This document shows, one piece after another, positions 32,169 through 32,198 of a stretch of 32,198 nucleotides of DNA. The DNA is taken from contig NC_068981.1 of the NCBI RefSeq assembly GCF_001194135.2, forward strand, positions 109,818,242 through 109,850,439, in the 5' to 3' direction. The notes beneath the pieces were generated by a model. The model did no database searches. It saw only the letters and a program-made list of their open reading frames with translations, and had not been told where the DNA came from. How positions within the stretch are numbered: the first letter of the stretch is position 1; each line of letters starts with the position of its first letter. This DNA comes from Octopus bimaculoides. Taxonomy: Eukaryota. A program made the translations under genes and the position numbers.

Positions 32169-32198
<30 letters not shown>
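32169..32198 (+). repeat. (TA)n microsatellite at the window end
   Basis: Perfect run reaching the last base. Confidence 0.95.

Overview
AT-rich animal genomic DNA with no prokaryotic features. The SINE, LINE and microsatellite families resemble those I recall from octopus (coleoid cephalopod) genomes; this is an inference, not a search result. The window is almost entirely intronic sequence of a minus-strand NUP188 (nucleoporin 188) gene. Three GT-AG, phase-0 coding exons (19449-19369, 8716-8576, 3253-3197) splice into one open frame that aligns to the N-terminal region of NUP188 as I recall it. The rest of the gene lies outside the window or was not recognised. The introns are filled with decayed mobile elements: two tRNA-type SINE families, RTE LINE pieces, (TAA)n-associated R4/Dong LINE fragments, Helitron remnants, a near full-length but broken pogo/Tigger-like transposase and Penelope-like pieces. 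Most ORFs in the supplied track are spurious or TE-derived. The most interesting signal is a ~1.2 kb element (about 21074-22314) whose ~200 bp inverted arms each carry a type I hammerhead-ribozyme-like fold with a palindromic stem III. The better-preserved copy is in the sense of the NUP188 pre-mRNA. I found no evidence for a wholly new multi-gene system. Three N gaps limit interpretation locally, and most repeat boundaries are approximate.
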